In this document: positions 47,092-55,557 of the stretch, in pieces | Layout of the letters: every line of letters starts with the position of its first letter | How positions within the stretch are numbered: the first letter of the stretch is position 1 | Source of the DNA: a virus | Taxonomy: Duplodnaviria; Caudoviricetes | Virus record (IMG/VR): IMGVR_UViG_2690315872_000001 | Coordinates: 27,292-91,291 of that record | Strand: one strand, 5' to 3' | Length of the DNA: 64,000 nt | The notes under the pieces: generated by a model | What the model saw: only the letters and a program-made list of their open reading frames with translations | Told to the model about the DNA's origin: nothing | Databases searched by the model: none | Program-made: the position numbers and the translations under genes

Positions 47092-47322
47092 ATGAAGGTT
47101 CTGTCCCCTGAAAATCTGGTCGCCAAGCGACTGGGGGCGAAGTACGCCAAACGCGCGCCCGCAGCGCGTGCAGCGCGCATCAACCGCAAAACCTTGATCG
47201 GCCTGGAACAGGGCGACATCAAGGAACCCAGCCACCGCGTCCTCAGCGGGCTCGCCCGCGCCTACAAGTGCAGCATCGACGATTTCTTCACCGAGGTCGC
47301 CGAGTCCACCCCCGCCGCCTGA
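47092..47322 (+). CDS. Cro-like XRE HTH protein (leaderless)
   Basis: AARAARINRKTLIGLEQGDIKEPSHRVLSGLARAYKCSIDDFF. Confidence 0.85.
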   Translation: MKVLSPENLVAKRLGAKYAKRAPAARAARINRKTLIGLEQGDIKEPSHRVLSGLARAYKCSIDDFFTEVAESTPAA

Positions 47323-47346
47323 GCAGCCGCTCACGGCGGGTCTTTC
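47311..47346 (+). terminator. tR1-like terminator after cro
   Basis: CCCGCCG..TGAGC-agcc-GCTCA.CGGCGGG followed by TCTTTC. Confidence 0.55.
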
Positions 47347-47878
47347 ACGTTCCTGACACGGCGATACCTCGACCGCCGCAACGACGAGGATCCAGGGCGC
47401 AAGCCCAGCGTGCGTGCACGCGAGACGCATAACAAGACGCCGCTGAGGCCCAGACAACACTGTCCACCGGCCCAGCACACCGAACTTCCGGCTCTGTCTC
47501 ACAGGACCGTCCCTCAAACCGGCTCAACGCCTCCAGCAGTCTCGCAACCGACGCTGAAGACGTCACAGACAGGTGAGTGGATCCATCCTCCGACGGGGTT
47601 TGACCGTGAACATGCGGCGGAGAGCGCATGTCGGGCGAGCAGCCCGGCCAGATAACTACGGATTCTGGTGAACCACTCCGCGCCGAGATCTCCCTGACGG
47701 CGCGTCACAGCGGGAGAGGCGGGCGAGACCCCGCCAGAACACGTCGGAACTTTAGAGGCCACCCACGCGGCCGAGAGCAGCAAAGCGTGGGCTGGTGCCC
47801 GGCCGAACTGGGCACGCGAAGCGGCGCGAGACGCCGCCCCGAACACTCAACCCCCGCGCCCACCCCCGGGCGCGTCAC

Positions 47879-47928
47879 GGAACGGCCCAGCTGGTGGGCT
47901 GCCGGTTCGAGTCCGGCCCGTTCCCTCA
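47879..47928 (+). ncRNA. tRNA-like element lacking the anticodon arm
   Basis: Acceptor stem GGAACGG/CCGTTCC; D-like arm CCC-AGCTGGT-GGG; T arm GCCGG-TTCGAGT-CCGGC. Confidence 0.7.
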
Positions 47929-48862
47929 CCCTGCCCGACCCTGGTAAGTCCCTCCGGGGTGAGTCGTCAACGCCAACTGAACACTGGCGTGATCACCTCA
48001 CGGTCCCGCACGGGCCGTGTTGACAGTGAGACGCCGCCGTGACCACCTGCACCGGTCAGCGGCTGACCACGCGGACCCCCTGCGCCGGGGATGAAGGTCC
48101 GGAAACCCAAATCAGGGGCACTGGCGCGCCCCGCCTCCCCACCGTGGTCCTCAGCGCCTCCCGTGCACGGGGGAGCCCGACAAGTGCTGAGCCTGGAGGT
48201 AACGCCATGGGTAAGGTGCGTTCCGCGACCGGCGGTCCCGGTCAGTGCTGCCGCGACCCGCCCTCACGGGGGTCAACGCCCATTCCACAGTGAGAAGTCA
48301 GGCCGCAGCGCCTGGCCTACACGCACCACGTGGTGCGCGCCCGTGACCGCCACCCCACCAGCAGCGAACCGCCCGCCCCACAGAGGGCAACTCGCGGCCC
48401 TGCACACCGGGAAGGTCACCCCAGACGCGGGGAGCAGCGTGACCGTCAGGCGGAGAGACGCCGGGACCCGAGCAGGCGCGGACAGCGCCTCGCCTCCACC
48501 CGCCGGAGAACGCGCGGAATCACCTCGTACAGCGTCGCGGCCCCCAGGCCGCACGGTTTCTCAGGGGCCACCCACCGACGAGGGCGGCCCCGTACTCTTG
48601 ACCGCTCACCGTGGAGGTGACCTCCCATGCTGTTCCAGCAGTGCAGTCACCTCCACACGTGACGGCCCCGCGCGGGCCGACCGACAGCCCCGCCGGGGGG
48701 TGAAGCCCGGCCACACCACCGCTGGAGGTGTCCCGCGATGTAACTGCTCAGCTGCGACGCGCGTCCCTTCGCCCCATGCCGCCCACTCCGGGAGGTTCCC
48801 ATGAAGTAGCCGTCCCTCATGTCCGCGAGGTGTCATCGGCCATCCCGACCGGGTGGCCGTCA

Positions 48863-48913
48863 TCCCGGCCCAGGCAGGGCCACGCGCGGGTTCGACTCCC
48901 GCCGCTGGGACCA
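48863..48913 (+). ncRNA. Second tRNA-like element with encoded ACCA 3' end
   Basis: TCCCGGC/GCTGGGA stem; T arm GCGGG-TTCGACT-CCCGC; ends in ACCA. Confidence 0.62.
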
Positions 48914-48929
48914 GTTCACAGGAGGCACG

Positions 48930-49349
48930 ATGCCCTACATTCCACTTCTCCCCAGACCACCACGTAAGCCGCCGCCATCCACGCCGCTCGACGCGGCTGC
49001 GGCTCAGGCGCTCAGCACACCAGGTGCGCAGCAGCGCAGCCGGGACCAGTACGCTGTCAGATTCCTTCGCGATCACGCGGAGGACATCAGGCTCGCCGCG
49101 CAGCGCGACCATCAGGCTGAAGTGCGGGTCTGGGTGTCCGAGATGACCGAGACGGTGGCAGAGCATGCGGCCGCGCTCGGATATCACGTCACGGTGTACC
49201 TCGACGCGTGGACGTCCCGCCCGAATGGCAAGCTGGTCCTGAGCTGGCATCCGAACGGCCCTGGCCCTAGCGTGGAGCACCGCGCGGACGTCAGGACGGT
49301 GTGGGACGCGCTGCGCGGCATGCTGCGGATCCTGCTGAACCGCAACTGA
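48930..49349 (+). CDS. Hypothetical protein
   Basis: AGGAGG RBS immediately after the tRNA-like element. Confidence 0.65.
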   Translation: MPYIPLLPRPPRKPPPSTPLDAAAAQALSTPGAQQRSRDQYAVRFLRDHAEDIRLAAQRDHQAEVRVWVSEMTETVAEHAAALGYHVTVYLDAWTSRPNGKLVLSWHPNGPGPSVEHRADVRTVWDALRGMLRILLNRN

Positions 49350-49352
49350 TTC

Positions 49353-50324
49353 CTACCAGTCGCGGTTCAGGGCTTTCTCGCCTTCGCGGGCGTAGTTCAC
49401 GTACGTTTCGCTGGTCGTGATGCTCGCGTGCCGCAGGTGGTCCCGGACTGCCAGGACGTCCTTCGTTTCGCGGTACATGCGGGTGCCGGCGGTGTGCCGC
49501 AGGCCGTGCACTTCGCGTCCCTGGTACGGGATGCCTGCGCGTTCGCACAGCTGCAGGACGCGCTGCTCGACGGCGCGGCCACTGCGGAGCGTGAGGACGT
49601 GCGGGCCGTAGGACGGCGTCATGCCGATCCAGGCGAGCAGCGCGGCTTCCGAGCGGCGTGAGAGCGGCACCTGCTGCCGCTTCTGTCGTTTGCCGGTCAC
49701 CGTCAGGTACGGCCGGTCCCCGCCCGTGCGGACGTCCGCGCGCAGCAGGCTCGTCATTTCCGTGACGCGCAGGCCGCAGTCGGCGCCGAGCAGCACCATG
49801 ACCCGTTCCTGCTCGTCCGCGTGATCGAGCAGCGCCTGCACGTCCCGGTCCGGGTAGGGTTTGCGTTTCTCCCAGGCGGGCACCGGGTCGCTCGCGGCGC
49901 GGACGTCCGTGAACGGGGCCGCGTCGGTCGCGCCTGCCCAGCGCAGCGCGGCGAACACGGCCCGCGCGGCGGCCAGCCGGACGCGGACGGTGCTCGGCGC
50001 GAGTCCTTTCGCTTCGAGGTGCCGCACGTACCGGTACCCGTCGTTCGGTTTGGGCCGGACGAAACTCATGCCCGCCCCGGCTGCCCAGTCCGCGAGGAAG
50101 CGCAGGCCGGTCTCGTAGCTGTCCAGGGTGCGCAGGCTGACGCGTGCACCCCGGCCGCCGCGCAGCACCAGGAACGCTTCCGTGATCGCCCAGAGGCCTG
50201 GTACGTCCATGTCCCGCGCGGCGCGCAGCGCGTCCTTCCTGAGGGTGTCCGGCTCCTGGCTGCCCACCCGGTCCGCGCGGCCCTGCAATTCCAGGTTGTA
50301 CGCCATCAACTCCAGGCCACTCAT
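49353..50324 (-). CDS. Tyrosine recombinase/integrase 2
   Basis: GLRVTE, TGKRQK, HGLRH and LRHASITTSETY motifs; TATGCT -10, leaderless; paralog of 22004-23002. Confidence 0.92.
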   Translation of the reverse strand: MSGLELMAYNLELQGRADRVGSQEPDTLRKDALRAARDMDVPGLWAITEAFLVLRGGRGARVSLRTLDSYETGLRFLADWAAGAGMSFVRPKPNDGYRYVRHLEAKGLAPSTVRVRLAAARAVFAALRWAGATDAAPFTDVRAASDPVPAWEKRKPYPDRDVQALLDHADEQERVMVLLGADCGLRVTEMTSLLRADVRTGGDRPYLTVTGKRQKRQQVPLSRRSEAALLAWIGMTPSYGPHVLTLRSGRAVEQRVLQLCERAGIPYQGREVHGLRHTAGTRMYRETKDVLAVRDHLRHASITTSETYVNYAREGEKALNRDW

Positions 50325-50349
50325 ACCCGCAGCATACAGAGGTGCCCTC

Positions 50350-50823
50350 ATGACCACGCACGACGCTCCCACGAATCCCGCGACGTACCTGACGATCACG
50401 ACTGAGCAGCTGCTGCGCCTCGACGCGGCCCACCCTGGCGCCCGCTGGTGGCTCAAGGCGGACGCGCACGGTTCCTGGTCCGGCCCGGTGGTCAACCCGC
50501 TGGACATGATGAAAGACGTCGAGGACCTGGACGGTCACCTGCGCGAGCAGATCCTGAACAACCTCGACGGTGCACGCATCGGCCTGTTCAACGAGGACGT
50601 GATGCTCCTGATGCACCGCGACCAGCTCATCCGGGCGGGCGTGGACGCCGAGACCGCGGACGCGGCGGGGCGTCACCTGCTCGATCAGGTGTTCGGGGCG
50701 CTGGAGCTGGCCGGGCAGGGCGAAGGGGTCCTGTTCGGGTTCCGACCCGTGTTCCCGGTGACGGACGACGGAGAGATCCTCATGACGCCCCTGTCGGCTC
50801 AGCCGGGCGAGGTGGGCGCGTGA
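50350..50823 (+). CDS. Hypothetical protein
   Basis: GAGGTG RBS. Confidence 0.6.
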   Translation: MTTHDAPTNPATYLTITTEQLLRLDAAHPGARWWLKADAHGSWSGPVVNPLDMMKDVEDLDGHLREQILNNLDGARIGLFNEDVMLLMHRDQLIRAGVDAETADAAGRHLLDQVFGALELAGQGEGVLFGFRPVFPVTDDGEILMTPLSAQPGEVGA

Positions 50824-51389
50824 CGTCCGGAACGGAGCGCGCCCTCGCCCTGATCAGCGAGGAGCGACAGCGGCAGGTGGACGTGGAAGGCTGGACGCCC
50901 GAGCATGACGATCAGCACATGGAAGGCGAGCTGGGCGACGCGGCCGCCGCGTACGCCTACGCTGGCGATCACAGCCCCGTGAACCCGCAGGACGGGCACG
51001 GCACCGACCTGGGCCGCGTCCTGTGGCCCTGGGACCGCGCCAGCTTCAAGCCCGGCGCGCACCGGCACAACCTGGTGCGCGCGGGTGCGCTGATCGTCGC
51101 GGAACTCGAACGCCTCGACCGGCTGGCCGGAAGCGTGCAGTACTTCGTGCGGGGCATGCCGGACGGTTCCCTGGAACTCTACGCGGCGGACAGCCGTGAG
51201 GCCCTGGCCGAGTACCTGGGGGGCATGCCGGTCGAAACCCTGACCTGGGTCGAACGGCGCGCGGCGTTCTGGATGCCGGGGCGTTCCTACAGTGTGTGCG
51301 CGGAGGACCTGTTCCTCGAGTACTACTCGGACGCTCCGTACCTGGGCGGCGCGGCGCGGCTGTGGCCCCTGACCTTCCCGAACGCCTGA
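50820..51389 (+). CDS. Conserved phage hypothetical protein
   Basis: Family pattern ERQRQ...EGWTPEHDDQH..GEL..AA..YA...WPW...RHNLVRAGALIVAELERLDR. Confidence 0.75.
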   Translation: MTSGTERALALISEERQRQVDVEGWTPEHDDQHMEGELGDAAAAYAYAGDHSPVNPQDGHGTDLGRVLWPWDRASFKPGAHRHNLVRAGALIVAELERLDRLAGSVQYFVRGMPDGSLELYAADSREALAEYLGGMPVETLTWVERRAAFWMPGRSYSVCAEDLFLEYYSDAPYLGGAARLWPLTFPNA

Positions 51390-51508
51390 GCCTGGGCGCG
51401 GGGGGTGACTCCCCCCTTCCCAGGGGGTGATCACTCCCCATCTGCGAACAGGAGTTATGCGAAAGCACATTAAGACGGGTGGCCCTGTGAGCTCACCCGG
51501 AGGTAAAC

Positions 51509-51943
51509 GTGAATCCAATCACAAGGAACCTACGGGCCATGGCGACCGGGCAGCCCCATGCCACTCGCCTGCACCCGACCATGACGGTCGCGGACGCCAT
51601 CGTCGCCCTGACGACCGACGGGAACCCCGGCGGGGTGATGGCCACCTGCGCGATCGCTACGTTCCACCCGCTGCTGGGCCCGCGCGCGCTGACGCACATC
51701 GACGAGTGCGGCCTGAGTGGCATGCAGACGTACCTGCTACTCAAGCAGTGCGGCACTCCGGCCCGCGCGGCCGCGCTGCTCGTCATGACTGTCGAGATCC
51801 GGCTGCCCACCCCTGAGGAGCTCATCCGGGATCTGGAGCAGCCGCTCTCTCCGATGCTGCAGCGCGCCCTGACCGACATCGTCCCGCAGCACGTCCCGGC
51901 CTTCGCCGGTGTGGACCTCACGCTCCCACAGGGGCAGGCATGA
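51509..51943 (+). CDS. Hypothetical protein
   Basis: GGAGG RBS; GNPGG motif. Confidence 0.55.
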   Translation: MNPITRNLRAMATGQPHATRLHPTMTVADAIVALTTDGNPGGVMATCAIATFHPLLGPRALTHIDECGLSGMQTYLLLKQCGTPARAAALLVMTVEIRLPTPEELIRDLEQPLSPMLQRALTDIVPQHVPAFAGVDLTLPQGQA

Positions 51944-52449
51944 CCGGGGAGAGCACTGTGCCCCATCACTCTCCAGCTCAGGAGATTGCGGAGGCGGTGA
52001 GCCTGCTGGATCTGGTTGCTGACTGGCGCTTTGCCGAAGGCCGTCTCAATGCCGCGAAAGCGGCGTGGCGTGCAGGCACCGTGAAACACGACGACGCCGA
52101 ATTTGATGATGCTCGGAACGATTTCGACGCTCTGGATGACCAGACGTGCGCGCTAGACCCCGTGCGCCTCAGGGAGTTAAGCCGGGCCGTTCAGGGCGCA
52201 TACATCACCCTGACTCGTGATCTGGCCGCAGCACAGGCTCAGCTCGCCGCCCAGACCGAGGCGCTCACGCCATCCGGGGACACGAAAGGTGCGTACATGG
52301 GTGAATTCCAGTTCGAAATGCGCGGCGTGGATGAAGAAGGCGAAGAGACCGACATCCGCATCGACACGCCCTGGGACACCATCAAGCAGATCATGGCAGC
52401 CATCCGGTCCCGCGCCGCTGCCACCCTCGCCAGGGACCGCCATGAATGA
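51940..52449 (+). CDS. Hypothetical phage protein
   Basis: LTPSGDTKGAYMGEF...PWDTIKQIM pattern recalled from phage early genes. Confidence 0.6.
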   Translation: MTGESTVPHHSPAQEIAEAVSLLDLVADWRFAEGRLNAAKAAWRAGTVKHDDAEFDDARNDFDALDDQTCALDPVRLRELSRAVQGAYITLTRDLAAAQAQLAAQTEALTPSGDTKGAYMGEFQFEMRGVDEEGEETDIRIDTPWDTIKQIMAAIRSRAAATLARDRHE

Positions 52450-52750
52450 AGGTGGCCTGACGCTCGACGAGGTCATGGCCACCCCACCAGTGGTGCGGAT
52501 CTCCACCCACCAGCGCGACCAGCGTCACTTCTGGCTGGGTGCGATGTTCGGCGCGTTCCCCGGCGCGCTCGCCCTCCTGGTGTGGCAGCTGCACGAATGG
52601 GCCCTGTTCCTCGCAGTGCCACTGGTCCTCTGGATGACCATGCGCATTCACGCCGCCTCGGCCACCATGCCTGTCGTGCAGGTCCTGCACGGGCACGTGA
52701 TCGTCCGGCACACCGCCAATCCGTTCCCCCCAACTGGAGGCCCTTCATGA
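52442..52750 (+). CDS. Small membrane protein
   Basis: Two TM segments; overlaps the upstream stop. Confidence 0.55.
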   Translation: MNEGGLTLDEVMATPPVVRISTHQRDQRHFWLGAMFGAFPGALALLVWQLHEWALFLAVPLVLWMTMRIHAASATMPVVQVLHGHVIVRHTANPFPPTGGPS

Positions 52751-52793
52751 CCCGCGCCACCGACGCGCAGATCCGCGTCTCCCCGTCCACCTG

Positions 52794-53021
52794 ATGGGCG
52801 TGAAGAAGAGAGCCCGTGAATTCGCTGAGCAGGGCTTCCGGTTCACGGATCACGCCACGCGGCCCTACAGCCGCATTGATGCCCTGCGCAGCGAGGTCGC
52901 CAACCTGGAAGTGAAGCTCGTCGCTGCCCGCGCGCGCCTCGCGCAGGCAGAGGCCGCCGAGGCCCGCCCAGATCCGGACGAACGTGAACGGCGGATCCGG
53001 GCCCTGATCGCGAAGGTGTAG
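52794..53021 (+). CDS. Small coiled-coil protein
   Basis: ORF in the operon. Confidence 0.45.
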   Translation: MGVKKRAREFAEQGFRFTDHATRPYSRIDALRSEVANLEVKLVAARARLAQAEAAEARPDPDERERRIRALIAKV

Positions 53022-53023
53022 AG

Positions 53024-53800
53024 ATGCAGCCGAATCAGACGGACGCGGCCGCCTGTCAGGCGCCCCCGACCCTGCACGACCTGGTGACGGGCGACGCGCC
53101 AGCTGCGCCCGGCGAGGCCTACAGTCAGGCCAGCGCCGCCTGGAAGGCCCGCCGCGTCCTGGCGTACCAGGCAGTGTGCCGGACGATCGGTCCGGACCAG
53201 CAGGCCCTGCTGAACACCCTCCTGGAAGTGCACGGGCACGAGTGCGCCCTGCGGGGCGCGGCCATGGGTGCCCAGGCGGCCCGCCGGGAGGCCCGGATCC
53301 GGAACGGTGAGCAGTCCCGGGCGCAGGCCGAAGCGGCCGCCCAGGCACGCCGGGATAACCGGCAGATCAACGACCTGCTCAAGCGGGCCGCTGACGAGAA
53401 CGCCGCCCTGCGCCGCCGCGCGGACACCGCCGAGAAGGACCTCGCGGCCCTGCGGGCCACGCTGCCCGGCATCGAGCGGGTCATCCGGCAGGACATCATC
53501 GCCGCGGCGCCCGCCGATCACCGGCCCATCGCCCGCCTCGCCCCCCGGTCCGGCGTGCACTACACGTACCTGTCGCACGGGTTCCACGTCCGGCGGATCG
53601 CGCGGCGCATCGAGGAGTTCATGGCTGGCCCCGACTGCCGGGGGTACGCGCGCCCCGAGAAGCTCGCGGAGTTCCTGCTACCGGAAACGCCCTACCCGAC
53701 ATTCCAGCAGGCCATCACGCACCTGCTGCTGTGCCGCCGAATCATCCAGTCGCCGTCCGGCGCGTACCGCCTGCGCAATCCCAGTGGAGCGCCCAGGTGA
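53024..53800 (+). CDS. Coiled-coil protein with C-terminal wHTH-like domain
   Basis: 258-aa ORF with typical codon usage. Confidence 0.6.
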   Translation: MQPNQTDAAACQAPPTLHDLVTGDAPAAPGEAYSQASAAWKARRVLAYQAVCRTIGPDQQALLNTLLEVHGHECALRGAAMGAQAARREARIRNGEQSRAQAEAAAQARRDNRQINDLLKRAADENAALRRRADTAEKDLAALRATLPGIERVIRQDIIAAAPADHRPIARLAPRSGVHYTYLSHGFHVRRIARRIEEFMAGPDCRGYARPEKLAEFLLPETPYPTFQQAITHLLLCRRIIQSPSGAYRLRNPSGAPR

Positions 53801-53819
53801 CCGACAACCAACCGAAGGA

Positions 53820-54332
53820 GTGAAGGTGAACTATCAACTCGTGGTGACCGGCGAGCAGCTGTCACTGATTAACCGGGCGGCCGAGACGGCCGCCCGCGTC
53901 AGCATCGGCCAGCTCGACAGCGTCGCGCACCAGCTGCTGATGGACCTGGAGTCCGATCCTTTCTGTGAGATCCGGGACGTCCTGGAAGGTGCACAGCACC
54001 TCATGACCGGTAGCCGCAGCCTGAGCGCCGCGCCCAACGCCGCGCTGCGCGACCAGCACGAGTGCGCGTGGAGCGTGTACCACGCGGCCCGGTACCAGCT
54101 GTACCGCGAGCACTGCGAGCGCGAAGGGACGCCCATGTCCGCGGCGACGGTGCTCAGCGCGCCGCCCACCCGTCACGGCGCGCACGACCCGCCCACCGTC
54201 ACGCCCATCCCGGACGTTCAGGTGGAGATCGTCGATCCGTCCGGCCGCGTCAGTTACCGCCGCCCGCTGGGGCACCCGGACATCCTCGAGGCGCTGGCCC
54301 GCCCGGGCTACAGCGTCCGGAGGGCCCCGTGA
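53820..54332 (+). CDS. Hypothetical protein
   Basis: AAGGAG RBS region; start at 53820 or 53826. Confidence 0.55.
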   Translation: MKVNYQLVVTGEQLSLINRAAETAARVSIGQLDSVAHQLLMDLESDPFCEIRDVLEGAQHLMTGSRSLSAAPNAALRDQHECAWSVYHAARYQLYREHCEREGTPMSAATVLSAPPTRHGAHDPPTVTPIPDVQVEIVDPSGRVSYRRPLGHPDILEALARPGYSVRRAP

Positions 54333-54445
54333 TGCACGACTGGCGCTTCGTCCCCGTGAAGGGCGAGGGGCACCAGTGGGTGTGCCGCTGCTGCGGCAAG
54401 GTCCTGCGCGGCGGGGCATGGGACGCCCGATGCCCGAAACGCTGA
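54332..54445 (+). CDS. Tiny Cys-rich protein
   Basis: MHDW...CRCCG...C; coupled on both sides. Confidence 0.45.
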   Translation: MHDWRFVPVKGEGHQWVCRCCGKVLRGGAWDARCPKR

Positions 54446-54603
54446 CGCCGCCGCCCCCACCTGACCCGCCGGGTGAGGCGGCCATCCTGCGCCGCCGGCG
54501 CCTGCTGACCCTCGACCTCGCGCGTGAGACGACCCGTGACGTGATCGCCCTGAACCGGCGGCACGCGCACCTCCTGAAAGGAACCTCCCATGACCCACAA
54601 TGA
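54430..54603 (+). CDS. Small hypothetical protein
   Basis: Overlaps both neighbours. Confidence 0.4.
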   Translation: MPETLTPPPPPDPPGEAAILRRRRLLTLDLARETTRDVIALNRRHAHLLKGTSHDPQ

Positions 54604-55000
54604 CGCACCCTGGCTCAGCGCCTGGCTGCCCGACGGCCCCTGGCTCGGCCCGTTCCCCACCCGCGATCAGGCCGTGAACGCCGCACTCGGCGCCCCGCCC
54701 GTCGTCGCGGACCACCCGCGCGTGTACCTCGCCCGCGCGCAGTACCCGGATCTCGCAGGCCTCATGGGCGACGTGGACGCGTGGCTGGCCGAGGCCCGCG
54801 CGGCTGCCGGCGAGCAGTTCGGCCTTCCGGCCCGCACGTACCTCGCGGAGGTTCCTGCGCCCGCCCTGGATGACCTGCAGGCCCGGGTCGACGAGGTGAT
54901 GAACGCCTGGGCGGTCGAGCACGGTCTGCACCCGACGTTCTACCGCCCGGTGGACGTCACGGAGCACCGCATCACGGACCTGCAGGGGCTAACCGCGTGA
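54590..55000 (+). CDS. Hypothetical protein
   Basis: AAGGA RBS; GPFPTRDQA motif. Confidence 0.6.
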   Translation: MTHNDAPWLSAWLPDGPWLGPFPTRDQAVNAALGAPPVVADHPRVYLARAQYPDLAGLMGDVDAWLAEARAAAGEQFGLPARTYLAEVPAPALDDLQARVDEVMNAWAVEHGLHPTFYRPVDVTEHRITDLQGLTA

Positions 55001-55557
55001 GCCTGCGCCTGAGTGCCCGCGTGGACCTCGACGGCGTCGTGCACAAGCACGACAAGAGCGGCTTCCCCCTGACCGAACTGACGCTGGCCCTCCCGAGCGG
55101 CGTGGACCTGCGCCTGCTGCGCCGCGCCGCTCGCGGGCAGAAGAGCGGGAAGGAGGACGTCACCGCGCGCCTGCACGTCGAGGACGAGGACGGCAACCGG
55201 CGTACGTTCAACCTCGTGTTCGTCCGCAGCAGCACGAAGGACTTCGTGTACGGCATCGTGATGCAGCTCGACTTCAACCCGCGCCACAACCTGGAGCACT
55301 ACCTCAGCGGGTACGTCATGCGGGACACGGAAGGTGCCCCGCCGTTCCTGGATTTCGACGTGGAGATCCGCCCCATCAACGCCTCGCCGCTGCTGGAGGC
55401 CGCGCAGGGCCTTCAGGACACCCTGAACGGCAGCGACACCCTGGAGAGCGTGACCATCAGCTACCAGGGCAAGAGCGCCACCCTCACCAGCCAGACCCGC
55501 GCCGCCACCAGCGCCGCCCTCACCCAGGCCATCCGGGAGAACCGTGAATCCAACTGA
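54997..55557 (+). CDS. Hypothetical protein
   Basis: Coupled GTG start; typical codon usage. Confidence 0.6.
   Translation: MSLRLSARVDLDGVVHKHDKSGFPLTELTLALPSGVDLRLLRRAARGQKSGKEDVTARLHVEDEDGNRRTFNLVFVRSSTKDFVYGIVMQLDFNPRHNLEHYLSGYVMRDTEGAPPFLDFDVEIRPINASPLLEAAQGLQDTLNGSDTLESVTISYQGKSATLTSQTRAATSAALTQAIRENRESN

Larger units (their letters stand above)
47350..48915 (+). ncRNA. Long structured non-coding region / ncRNA cluster
   Basis: About 1.6 kb with no protein-like long ORF, back-to-back hairpins and two tRNA-like modules. Confidence 0.6.

Noticed and set aside
48091-48804. 237-aa ORF and other ORFs in the post-cro region
   Set aside because: Pro/Arg/Ser/Ala-rich, no RBS, codon pattern unlike real genes here; structured RNA explains the region better.
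47404-48909. Perfect 7-bp pairing of CCCAGCG (47404) with CGCTGGG (48903), which would close the whole region like tmRNA
   Set aside because: A 7-bp GC-rich match in 1.5 kb can arise by chance, and both strands have local pairing alternatives; unsupported without covariation.
47879-48913. Calling the two T-arm elements genuine tRNA genes
   Set aside because: Each is about 50 nt with no anticodon stem-loop.
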